A stretch of 64,000 bases of DNA from assembly GCA_000002435.2 (NCBI GenBank), contig CM018791.1. One strand, 5' to 3'. This DNA comes from Giardia intestinalis. Its lineage: Eukaryota. The stretch's first letter is position 1, and every line of letters begins with the position of its first letter. The notes beneath the pieces were generated by a model. It was given only the letters and a program-made list of their open reading frames with translations. It had not been told where the DNA came from and did no database searches. Positions 56,101 through 64,000 of this stretch are shown here, one piece after another. A program made the translations under genes and the position numbers.

Positions 56101-58379
56101 CAGTTGGGCTTGCCCATGAACATGTTTGTAAGACCGAATATGTGGGAGTTCCCGGTGATAAACGCTGGCACTATCCCTTTGACCATATATTTGCGATCCG
56201 GAACAGGTGGCTGCTTTAATTGCAGCACAGAAACAGACTCAGTTGTCTCCTCGACATAGTTCTTCAACGGTTCCTCCGACGATATTATCTGTTGTAGCAC
56301 AAGGCTCTTCGTAGATTCAGGAAGAAGGTCATGCAGCCCTATAGCAAGTCTGTAGAGCTTGTCTGTAGCAATAATAGATGTGCTGGGGTCCTTGCCATAC
56401 AGCATATTATAGTAATTCCAGATGGATGGATTAGGCTCCTCCGCACACTTATCTGTATCGATGTACGTGTATGGCCTGTTCTTCTCTCCTAATCTTACTC
56501 TCAAAATATAAGGTAGTGGGATGTACGCTCCGCAATTTTTGGTTTTTTGTACATGGATTGAGAGCTCATGATCCAGTTCATCCACTGCTTCTGGCTGCGA
56601 TTCGTGCTCATGGTTATTTGCTTCTTTCCCAGAAAATTGAAGAGCCTTTCTGACGGCCTCAGCCATGGAAGTAGACAAATACCTGAGATCAGACTCCAGC
56701 AGACGTGCAGGGCATCGTAGCAATCCATACTTTGCAGCTTTAGAGAGGGCCTGCACACAGACAAATAGCTCGGGACCCTTTGAAGTGATGACATTACTAT
56801 TCTCAGGGGGCTTTCCCTTCCACTCCAAGTCAACAATATTGCCTGTGAAGACGGAGCTATCCTTCTTGAGATTATTGGCGTCTCGAAGTAGATTGAAACA
56901 CAGTCTGGGGTACTGAGATATGGCCTTAATGGTGGTGCTACCGCCGTAGCTATCCTTGCCATTAGCCATGCGTAGAGATCCCCCGACAGCATCAACAGAA
57001 GAATCCTTTAACGAGCGCTCGGAAGGAATCCCCTTTAGTATTCTATTGTGTGTGTCGCGGTCATCAAGAAAAGATAGATTCATCCGTCTGACTATTTTCT
57101 CAATTGGGGTTCCTTTCTCAGTTGCGTCTGCACGCAGCGCCTCATGAGAAGCGTGGCCGTTGTCTGCCCACCCATAGCTATACATGACTGTCCCAGCGTC
57201 GTATCGGTTACAGAAATTCCGGTCCATCTTCTCTCCGGCACACAACCTCAAATAGATTTCGTGGAGAAGCTGGTTCTTGAGCGCAGAGTCAACGTACGTG
57301 GGTTTCTCAAGAGCAAACAGAGCATAGTCAGAAGTCATCACATCCGTGAGAGGGGTTTCCGCAACGACATTCAGTACTAGTTCACCAAGGTACTTCAAAT
57401 TTTGGTCTTTGAGAACCCCAATCCTGTCTAAGGAGGTGGGGGTTGAAAGGGACGCATCATGTAGCATACTAGTAAAAGTCGTGAGGTATATTAGTTTTCT
57501 GATGTCCATGCTCATAACCTGAAGTTTGTTAGCAAGCATGTTTCGCTGGGCAAAGAAGAGATATTCTCCAACCCAGGCATACGAATTGAGGGTCTGCCCT
57601 ATGTCCAGCAACATTATGTTGAACCGAGATAGATTCTCTGTAGCTGGCTCGTAAGAGAACTCAAGAGGGTTGATATTCTTTCTGGCAGAAGCTACCTTGT
57701 TATCTATGAAGGAGACGGTACTGGTTTGGTACTGAAGAGATGACACAGGTAGGGGGAAGGCAGCAACAGGCTCTTTACTTGTACAGAGCACCACAGACAT
57801 GCTTGTGCCAGAGCCCAGGCCTCCCCCTTCCTGAATCACAATGAAATCAAAAAGCCCATGGCGTAATGTGTTGAGGCATGGTCGCTTAGATGCTGATAGT
57901 GCGCGCTGCATGAGAGCTGGATTGGTTGAAATGGGGGCATAATAGATAGACCTCTGGGATAGATCTATGATCTCCGTGTGAGTCACATCGGGAAAGCGAA
58001 TATAGACCGGCTCATATCCACAGCAGTGAGGTACCAGAGCAATAACATTCGGAAGAGACGTAAGCTCATGGGATGCCATTGTCTCGGTATTGACGGCATG
58101 GACGGCTCGGTCCACATGTGCCAGTATGAGATTGACCTCAGGATAGACCACAAAACTGTGTATTTGTGTCTTGAAAGAGAGTGAACCTACACTCGTTACC
58201 TTGCGGGTGCTCGAAAAGGTGTACCGCTTTAGAACGCTTCCAGACTCTACTGTATAAATGTCCCCAGGAGAAGTGACAACGCATGCGTTGAGCATGCTGC
58301 TACTGATAAGAGTCTCCAACTGAAAAGGGCTTGCTTCTGCCTTCATATTTATTTTAATTTTCCACAACTGTATTTCCAT
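53136..58379 (-). CDS. Large hypothetical protein (1747 aa) with C-terminal Cys/His zinc-finger-like tail
   Basis: ATG start (MEIQLWKIK). Long uninterrupted ORF with moderate codon bias. Extreme C-terminus CHKCKGLIDPGNATKLAIKYVDGGLQCFHVEC resembles the C-terminal zinc-binding tails of large trafficking/tethering proteins. Its stop overlaps the stop of the convergent RING gene (53136-53139). Confidence 0.75.
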   Translation of the reverse strand: MEIQLWKIKINMKAEASPFQLETLISSSMLNACVVTSPGDIYTVESGSVLKRYTFSSTRKVTSVGSLSFKTQIHSFVVYPEVNLILAHVDRAVHAVNTETMASHELTSLPNVIALVPHCCGYEPVYIRFPDVTHTEIIDLSQRSIYYAPISTNPALMQRALSASKRPCLNTLRHGLFDFIVIQEGGGLGSGTSMSVVLCTSKEPVAAFPLPVSSLQYQTSTVSFIDNKVASARKNINPLEFSYEPATENLSRFNIMLLDIGQTLNSYAWVGEYLFFAQRNMLANKLQVMSMDIRKLIYLTTFTSMLHDASLSTPTSLDRIGVLKDQNLKYLGELVLNVVAETPLTDVMTSDYALFALEKPTYVDSALKNQLLHEIYLRLCAGEKMDRNFCNRYDAGTVMYSYGWADNGHASHEALRADATEKGTPIEKIVRRMNLSFLDDRDTHNRILKGIPSERSLKDSSVDAVGGSLRMANGKDSYGGSTTIKAISQYPRLCFNLLRDANNLKKDSSVFTGNIVDLEWKGKPPENSNVITSKGPELFVCVQALSKAAKYGLLRCPARLLESDLRYLSTSMAEAVRKALQFSGKEANNHEHESQPEAVDELDHELSIHVQKTKNCGAYIPLPYILRVRLGEKNRPYTYIDTDKCAEEPNPSIWNYYNMLYGKDPSTSIIATDKLYRLAIGLHDLLPESTKSLVLQQIISSEEPLKNYVEETTESVSVLQLKQPPVPDRKYMVKGIVPAFITGNSHIFGLTNMFMGKPNCLPCDTNIFYVHTNMSLIAIKRTSLYRQIRASLLDVDKNTHAKDSLPKLLKYVEGKLEKTLVDRFDMSSRDWCLCWILTGSLRLLQKNFWGATLAFMNARMVNPLQIVGILLHGISLECISLLKNTPARRHQPSQSCMDGVNFGCYSQRVRQVLSNEQYTQTADGDGRVRYGRDQSLFYINNLMDDMCKVMNALGVSSEQDYIDLPPELEITNLSERFNLPCSPANDEDTVSRLDACLLYLKLILDPHDSWNLILHGVLSKVEAQHETTKDALVGKVSMFRPHLKEQSIDETKRQVPDASKTIVETYRISKPTAIDHHNIFPLRALFIMLLSRETYHISRPQQRLFLLTQPTNSTGNQACFLSSAQYSNIFLSTIGLLVLGRFYDLAYVSLETYIGWMSFKTSGNKTILGRDWSAWTNVGTGENKKTAPGSFKAVSSVALDQIYPGLATDASIELLVDTYKSTLFEASDFSIINEYTKTLLAVLAISYMHVSRHSMSLLYKTILFFVLALKNTSVTSFLCGILANLSVGHPDYCSRILKLAEKTSGDDLFNALLNLQINSAKSALSFRQPEKEVIERFVSTVSVATLQKYLSKTETKRTAPYVNVLLQIVVCGAQYAMLTKNSVPSTTSATIETYLSSDAITFLLQHVGMFQLRSSSESNDVEVMQIITKKLKQLSGLNPAFDGSYLLACIKLQETASAINTLYEKAFPGVSAALYPFLEADVAEGSRKTAQDSSTLAKQSGAPTSSYPVLNRSAFNNLILWCITASRAPCMATGIMQDPAYINGTTKFDELWNSDKVQTNLEMVTREDCIAFLMSRSEITKEKGSLPGDPSRSPAALLYEVLRRLDICHSNNLISKADFSYCLMALLNDNRTGGCGSRPYIAKYLYRDILNMIPHDYPLSFILPFITNSIGHRVVEQTEVGMGSMSVRMKLSQKESELDKYRQARVDISSFTKCHKCKGLIDPGNATKLAIKYVDGGLQCFHVECAN

Positions 58380-58381
58380 AA

Positions 58382-58750
58382 CTAATAAGTCTTCATGTAT
58401 TGCTTGAAGGCAGAAAGAAGCAAGGGCATGAAAAGCAGGACAGGATAGATGTATGCTGTGATAAGCTCATCATCTATTTTCATCCTTACCTCAGGAACGA
58501 GTCCTTTGGAAGCATAGATCAAGATACTGTTGAGAGGCCAGTATCCAAGTCTGTTCGTGACTATGAACTTATCTGCTGGCGAAGCTTTAGAGAGGAGAAT
58601 GTGAGATGTCGCTGTCTGGAGTATCCAGGTCACAGCCCAAACGGAACAGTATATTGTCAGAGCAAAAAAGGGTATTCTTGCTGCCATTACGGACATACGC
58701 CGTCTCTGCTTAGAAGCAGCTGTAAGCTCAGTACACCTCTTGCCTGCCAT
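58382..58750 (-). CDS. Small hypothetical membrane protein (122 aa)
   Basis: ATG start. Two or three hydrophobic helices. Its stop lies 2 nt from the ATG of the downstream 1747-aa gene on the same strand. Confidence 0.45.
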   Translation of the reverse strand: MAGKRCTELTAASKQRRRMSVMAARIPFFALTIYCSVWAVTWILQTATSHILLSKASPADKFIVTNRLGYWPLNSILIYASKGLVPEVRMKIDDELITAYIYPVLLFMPLLLSAFKQYMKTY

Positions 58751-58831
58751 GCACCCTTTTAATATTTAAAATCTCTGCAGCTTCCTGGTTCCCTGGCTGT
58801 GTGCGAGGGTTGTTAAGCTAGTACGAACCAT

Positions 58832-61800
58832 ATGTCGATTCAAGGGTCCTATAAGCCGCGTAAGCCGAAGCTCGGTCTGATATGCATGGACAAAAAGGCG
58901 AAGTCCGAGCCGATGAAAGCCTTGCTCTCAAAGCTCAATCATGACGATTACCTCGATATAGTTGAGTTTCCTGAATGTATGCTATTGAATGAAGATATAG
59001 ACAAGTGGCCCGCGGTGGATGTCATCATTGGGTTCCATTCAAAGGGTTTTCCTCTAAGAAAGGCTATAGCATATGAAAGACTACACCGCCGCGCCCTTAC
59101 CATCAATTCCTTGAGTGACCAGAGGGTCCTGCTGAGCAGATTTGACGTTTATAGACGCATGGATCAGCACTCAATTCCCACATGTATGCACATACTTTTA
59201 GAGCGGGAGCCGCCAGCACCAGAGCGCATATGCGATGCATGCAAAGCCATCATGCTCAAGACAGGGAATTCGGAAACACGAGCTGATTCCATTTGTTGCA
59301 CTTGCAAATATAAGGACCCTCCCGGGTTCATAGACGAAGGTGAGTACATAGAATATGAGGGCACACGAATCTACCGACCATTCTTAGAAAAACCTCAGGA
59401 CAGCGAAGACCATAATATCTGGATTTATTACCCTTCGGTCAAGGGTCCACTTACAGAGGCAGGCGAAAAGCCCAGGTCTGCTCGACAGGAAGGAGTTACA
59501 AAGCTCTTCAGGAAGGTTGATAATAGATCTTCTGTTTTTGTGGAAGGCTACTTCCCCATTCGTCGAAATGGCTCCTATGTCTACGAGGCATTTCTGCAGC
59601 CGGAGGGTAATACAGATGTCAAAATCTATGCTATCTTTCCAAACTACATCCTTGCAGAAAAGCGAAAAGCCCCACACATTGACGGTGTTGTCCTGCGAGA
59701 CCCTGAGACTCGCAAGGAGGTGCGTGAGCCTACTGAGCTGACCAGTAAGGAGCGCGATATCTCAAACCTCATCTGGCGCGCGTTCAAGCAACGCGTCTGT
59801 GGTTATGACTTTATCCGCTCTGGCAACAAGTCCTACGTCTGTGATGTCAATGGCTGGTCCTTTGTGAAAACTAACTCCCACTATTATGACAACTGTGCAC
59901 GAATCCTTCGAGAGCTTATCCACCAAGCACTAAACATTGATCAAAGGGCTCTCACAGTGACGTATGGCCTTCAGCTGGAAGAGTATTGCTTTCGTAAATA
60001 TGAGCACGATACTACGACGACAAATGTCGGCGAGTACACATACAAAAGCTCCAACAAGTACTTCATTGACCATGGCTATCTGAAGGTTCTAGCCAACAAG
60101 AAGAGCTCTCTATCTCAAAAGATCTCTACGTTTTTAATGAGCAAGGACGTCTTTTCATCGTCAAGCTCGTCAGGACCGTCCAGTACAGACAGCTGTGCTC
60201 CAAAGTCTTCTGAGCTACCTGCTTCCGAAAGCAAGGCCCATGTCTCTTTTGGGGACTACGTAGGATGCACAATGAAACCGCGAGGCCTTGTTTCAATCCT
60301 ACGACACGGAGATCGCATCCCTAAGTTTAAGCTCAAAATAACATCATCTAATAACAGCCTTTTCAAGATATTTGCCGGTATTCTTGATCGCGATGTTGAG
60401 CTAAAGGAGTATAACAGACGAGAGGAGGAACTGCGCGACTTTGTGCTGAGACCAGAGTACTCTGTTGGCCGTGCAGAGGAAATAGCGACCACAATAAGCT
60501 CTATCTTAACGGAAATAGGCTATGACCTGATGGAGTTGGAGACAGCTCCACTCCTTACTGAATCTATCGACACTTCCTATGACAGCCCATCGTCCTCCTC
60601 TGCTGAGTGCGACGGGGGCCCTGAAAAGGGTGACTGTTGCTCTGTACGAGAGAAAGTTCGCAAGCATCTTACCATGGTTCGTGATGGGATTTCCATCAAA
60701 CTGTCATCCCTGAAGATATTAAAGTCCTTACCTCAACATAGACAGTCCGAGCCTTCACTTATATCAGAGACTAACACAGAGGCTAGCAGTGCAACTCAGT
60801 TTACAGATGCAATTTTCTTTTCAACACAAGAGATTGAGGCTCTAAAATTGGCTTATGCATTGCTCCGCAATGAGATTGCAGGCACAAAGATTCAGCTTAG
60901 GGTGGTCAAGAAAGCGCCTCTCATGTTTCAGATGATAATCAAGTGGGGTGGGTATCTATCCATCGCAGGACTTCGCCAGTCGTTTCTGATGGGCAAACAG
61001 ATCAGGCGAATGTTCCTGACATACTTTGATGATCCTGCAACGTACTTTAGAGACAAGGATGCGCTAACTGCCTCCTTGCGCCGAGAAGGTACTGCTCCGT
61101 CTCAGCCTCCAACCAATGTGAGCTCTCCACTCATAGCCCCCAGAGCCACTCCCCTTCAAGATGAGGACATTGGCAGCGAGGCACAGGCGGCCATTCGTGA
61201 AAAGCGGTGCCGTCTGTTTAGTCAGATACTCCACGTGTTCTATGGAAATGAGCGACGGGTGAGGAAGACGGCCATAGGTGTGCTGCTTGGAATCTGCGCT
61301 GACATAGATGCAGAGATAGACGACATCTTTCCGTGCCTATCTAACTATGACAGCTATGAATTAGCACCCAATGCATTGAAGCTACTCAACAAGCTATATG
61401 GGAATGATCAGCCGCTACCGTACATTCACCTCTATCCCTCGCAACTGTCACAGATCCTTGTGGAGGGAGGAGACATTCTAGCATCAAAGTCCAGGTTAGT
61501 TACAGCTGCGATGCGAGCAGAGCAGCACAAGATCAACGAAATCCTTAACAGAACGGTCAGCAGTGTTGACAAGTTCTTCTCAAAGACTCCTGGGTCTGCC
61601 ATACAATCAACTAAAATTTCAAATGATTGTGCACATTCTGCAATTCTTTCGTTAGATAAGTTAGCTAACAAGCATGCTTTCAATGTTGATCACAATACAG
61701 AGACAGAGTTATGCCCTGTTCCCGATTTCACGACTTCCAATTTAAACGGAACCCTCGCCTGCGAGTCTACTCCAAATATCCCAGCCTTTCAGAATGATAC

Positions 61801-64000
61801 GCACTTACCTCACCAAGCAAGAAGGCTATTAATGAACGTCGTGGATAGCAGCCGTACCTTGGACTATAGCGATTTCTTGTGTGCACGCACTGGTCGAGAA
61901 GCATCAGGCAGGTCTGTTAAAAAGTCAATCATGAACATGTTTTCTTCGGCCTTCTCTACTACCCCTACGGGTACTACTGCAGCCGAGTCATCAAGCCTCA
62001 CTTCCCACTTCAAGAGGCCTTCCAGCAAATTACCAACGGTTTGTTCCCAGCCAGGCTTGGAGCTATTATGTCCAGACCAGAAAGAACTTACTGCTTGTAC
62101 AGAGCTTGAAGTAAGCACCAGCTCTGATCTTCTATCTGCACGTACAGACCTTTCTACCATGTATAGTCACAGAAGCATATCACCAAGCAGTAAGCACGAG
62201 CTTGTTCCCCAATACGCCTTAGCTGAACCGGCAGCTGAGATGACTGACTCAAGTGTCACGAATCATGCAGCGCTTAGGTCGCAACCAAATCATGGTCTAT
62301 GTCCCAGGGATGTAGCAGCAGACTACGCTTATACTAGACCGCAAGGAGCGCTTATTAGCTTAAGCAGAGAGTGTTCTGAGCCGGACAGCATAAGAATTCT
62401 TGAGGCGCCCCTGCCCGTAGATTCTCGGAGGCATGTTCCGGACAAGTATGTCTCCACAGTAATGCAAGCCTTTCGAGGCTGTCTCCGACCGACGACATTC
62501 GCACTACATAGGGATGCCGCGTATAGTATCTACACCAGCATGAAAACCTTTATCAAAGAAGCCCAGAGGTTTTTAGCTACAGATGGAGCCACGAGTAACA
62601 CCTCATTTAATTTGAGCAAGATCTACCGCGATTTCGGGGACGAAATTTACCTTAAATCATCCAGACCCCTAGACTGTGAGAAGCTATGTACCAATACTTC
62701 AGCACCTGACAATTCAGTTGTGGCTACTCAAGGCTTCGTAGAAAATCAAGATCAGCTGGACCCCAAGCATACTCAGATTTGCCCTTCTAAATTGCCCATA
62801 AGAATTCAGTCATCAAAGATTCCAATCTTATCTCAACTTAAGTTTGTTCTTAAAAGCATGAGGAAAGACGGATACTATGACTTTTCAAAGCTTGTGGACA
62901 TTTATCAATGCCTTAGATTTGTAAGCATACACTACGATAAGCTGGCATATATGGATAGCTTTAATAAGTTATATAAACACGTAGAACTTTACGCACAAAA
63001 CTTAGCATACTACAACTATGGAGTGCAGGAGCTGGACCGTGGCCGCATTGCTTATAGCATAGGTGGCATGCTTTTGGATGCCGTGCTTGGAGACCTCGTT
63101 CAGTACACATTGCGATTGACAAAGAAACAGAGTGCACAGCACAGGCGCATGCTTTTAACAGAATCTAGCACTGGCGGTATTGCTGAGTCCAGCCTTGATT
63201 GCAAGGCTCAACATGCTGTAACGTCGATAAGCTCTACTGCACAGATGTGTGCCTCTGCGGGCGACCAGCATGGCACACCGAAGGACGAAGAGGGTCTTTC
63301 AGAACAAAGCATGCTTGCAGAGATTTATGTCGGCGGTGAGGCTTATCTCCATGCAACAATCAATTTGCTGCTCTCTCAGGACCATTTGCTGCCATTTTTA
63401 GCCAAAGAACGGTGTATAACCCGCAATATCTCGTATCTTGCCAATGTACACTTTGTTCTTTGGGAGCTGTCTAAGCCGGGGCTTGACCCAACTTACCTGA
63501 TGGAGACCTTCTTCTCTCCTGGAACAACGAGTGATATCTTTCAGCCTAACACGCATAATACCCAACCAATTGACCAACCAGAAACCCTCATACACCCCAT
63601 CCCACTCCAGTTTCTCAACGGACTCGTGAGCAAGTCCATACGGCAGGCACAGCAAAAGAAGACGTCTGAGCGACTTCTCTCAACGGTCTGCGTGTTGAGG
63701 CATGCCGATCGAACACCGAAGCAGAGGCTTAAATTCAGAGTCCAAGATGAACACCTAGTTGTTAGCATAATGGCAGAGCTCTCGTCAAGTCCAATTGCAC
63801 CGGCCGACGTTACTTTGTGGAGCGCTAATCACACGGATAAAAAGCTAATAGACGCCATATCTAAAATCATAGATGGACATATTGCTAGATTGGCCAGCTT
63901 ATGCTACGAAAGCGGCACTGGACCTGCAAGTTCGTCAAAGAGCGACCAGAACCTTCTAGCTAATCTGAATGATCTCTTGACAATTATAAGGAATAATCCA
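58832..64000 (+). CDS. Diphosphoinositol-pentakisphosphate kinase (PPIP5K/Vip1 family), N-terminal ~1720 aa; runs off window end
   Basis: Manually translated from ATG 58832; open through 64000, so not in the ORF track. The ATP-grasp kinase domain aligns with PPIP5K (LGLICMDKKAKSEPM...WPAVDVIIGFHSKGFPLRKAIAY...; VKIYAIFPNYILAEKRKAPHIDGVVLRDPETRKEVREP...SYVCDVNGWSFVKTNSHYYDNCARIL). A histidine-acid-phosphatase-like domain follows (RHGDRIPKFK...IKWGG...ETFFSPG). Confidence 0.85.
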   Translation, partial: MSIQGSYKPRKPKLGLICMDKKAKSEPMKALLSKLNHDDYLDIVEFPECMLLNEDIDKWPAVDVIIGFHSKGFPLRKAIAYERLHRRALTINSLSDQRVLLSRFDVYRRMDQHSIPTCMHILLEREPPAPERICDACKAIMLKTGNSETRADSICCTCKYKDPPGFIDEGEYIEYEGTRIYRPFLEKPQDSEDHNIWIYYPSVKGPLTEAGEKPRSARQEGVTKLFRKVDNRSSVFVEGYFPIRRNGSYVYEAFLQPEGNTDVKIYAIFPNYILAEKRKAPHIDGVVLRDPETRKEVREPTELTSKERDISNLIWRAFKQRVCGYDFIRSGNKSYVCDVNGWSFVKTNSHYYDNCARILRELIHQALNIDQRALTVTYGLQLEEYCFRKYEHDTTTTNVGEYTYKSSNKYFIDHGYLKVLANKKSSLSQKISTFLMSKDVFSSSSSSGPSSTDSCAPKSSELPASESKAHVSFGDYVGCTMKPRGLVSILRHGDRIPKFKLKITSSNNSLFKIFAGILDRDVELKEYNRREEELRDFVLRPEYSVGRAEEIATTISSILTEIGYDLMELETAPLLTESIDTSYDSPSSSSAECDGGPEKGDCCSVREKVRKHLTMVRDGISIKLSSLKILKSLPQHRQSEPSLISETNTEASSATQFTDAIFFSTQEIEALKLAYALLRNEIAGTKIQLRVVKKAPLMFQMIIKWGGYLSIAGLRQSFLMGKQIRRMFLTYFDDPATYFRDKDALTASLRREGTAPSQPPTNVSSPLIAPRATPLQDEDIGSEAQAAIREKRCRLFSQILHVFYGNERRVRKTAIGVLLGICADIDAEIDDIFPCLSNYDSYELAPNALKLLNKLYGNDQPLPYIHLYPSQLSQILVEGGDILASKSRLVTAAMRAEQHKINEILNRTVSSVDKFFSKTPGSAIQSTKISNDCAHSAILSLDKLANKHAFNVDHNTETELCPVPDFTTSNLNGTLACESTPNIPAFQNDTHLPHQARRLLMNVVDSSRTLDYSDFLCARTGREASGRSVKKSIMNMFSSAFSTTPTGTTAAESSSLTSHFKRPSSKLPTVCSQPGLELLCPDQKELTACTELEVSTSSDLLSARTDLSTMYSHRSISPSSKHELVPQYALAEPAAEMTDSSVTNHAALRSQPNHGLCPRDVAADYAYTRPQGALISLSRECSEPDSIRILEAPLPVDSRRHVPDKYVSTVMQAFRGCLRPTTFALHRDAAYSIYTSMKTFIKEAQRFLATDGATSNTSFNLSKIYRDFGDEIYLKSSRPLDCEKLCTNTSAPDNSVVATQGFVENQDQLDPKHTQICPSKLPIRIQSSKIPILSQLKFVLKSMRKDGYYDFSKLVDIYQCLRFVSIHYDKLAYMDSFNKLYKHVELYAQNLAYYNYGVQELDRGRIAYSIGGMLLDAVLGDLVQYTLRLTKKQSAQHRRMLLTESSTGGIAESSLDCKAQHAVTSISSTAQMCASAGDQHGTPKDEEGLSEQSMLAEIYVGGEAYLHATINLLLSQDHLLPFLAKERCITRNISYLANVHFVLWELSKPGLDPTYLMETFFSPGTTSDIFQPNTHNTQPIDQPETLIHPIPLQFLNGLVSKSIRQAQQKKTSERLLSTVCVLRHADRTPKQRLKFRVQDEHLVVSIMAELSSSPIAPADVTLWSANHTDKKLIDAISKIIDGHIARLASLCYESGTGPASSSKSDQNLLANLNDLLTIIRNNP

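Noticed and set aside
1-64000. Prokaryotic-style systems (CRISPR arrays, defence islands, operons, IS elements)
   Set aside because: The sequence is eukaryotic (Giardia-type gene structure, VSP genes, dynamin, P4-ATPase, PPIP5K). No direct-repeat/spacer arrays or transposase/integrase ORFs were seen.

Overview
This window reads as nuclear DNA from the diplomonad Giardia (G. intestinalis/lamblia-type), not a prokaryote. The evidence is ~49% GC, very short AT-rich leaders before each ATG, AGTRAAY-like polyA signals just after stop codons, and above all two 633-aa cysteine-rich proteins full of CXXC/GGCY motifs that end in ...CRGKA, the hallmark tail of Giardia variant-specific surface proteins (VSPs).

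The outer parts (1-23.8 kb and 50.2-64 kb) are compact housekeeping territory. Genes I can support there: a partial high-cysteine EGF-like membrane protein, AsnRS, serine palmitoyltransferase, a PPAT-like HxGH nucleotidyltransferase, dynamin-related protein, a P4-ATPase flippase, a PROPPIN/WIPI WD40 protein, an LSm-like ORF, a NOT2/3/5 NOT-box protein, two RING-finger proteins, a 1747-aa protein, and a partial PPIP5K/Vip1 kinase.

The centre is the striking part: a ~26.3-kb near-perfect palindrome. Two ~12.3-kb inverted arms (23865..36160 and 37856..50151, axis ≈ 37008) flank a ~1.7-kb unique GC-rich spacer. Each arm carries one copy of the same VSP gene, arranged tail-to-tail and 2.8 kb apart, plus ~9.8 kb of ORF-poor sequence, which is very unusual for Giardia. 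G-rich G4-like tracts sit at the arm/spacer junctions.

The supplied ORF track uses TTG/GTG as 'M' and omits ORFs that run off the window edge, so several starts were corrected to the first ATG and two edge-truncated genes were added by manual translation.
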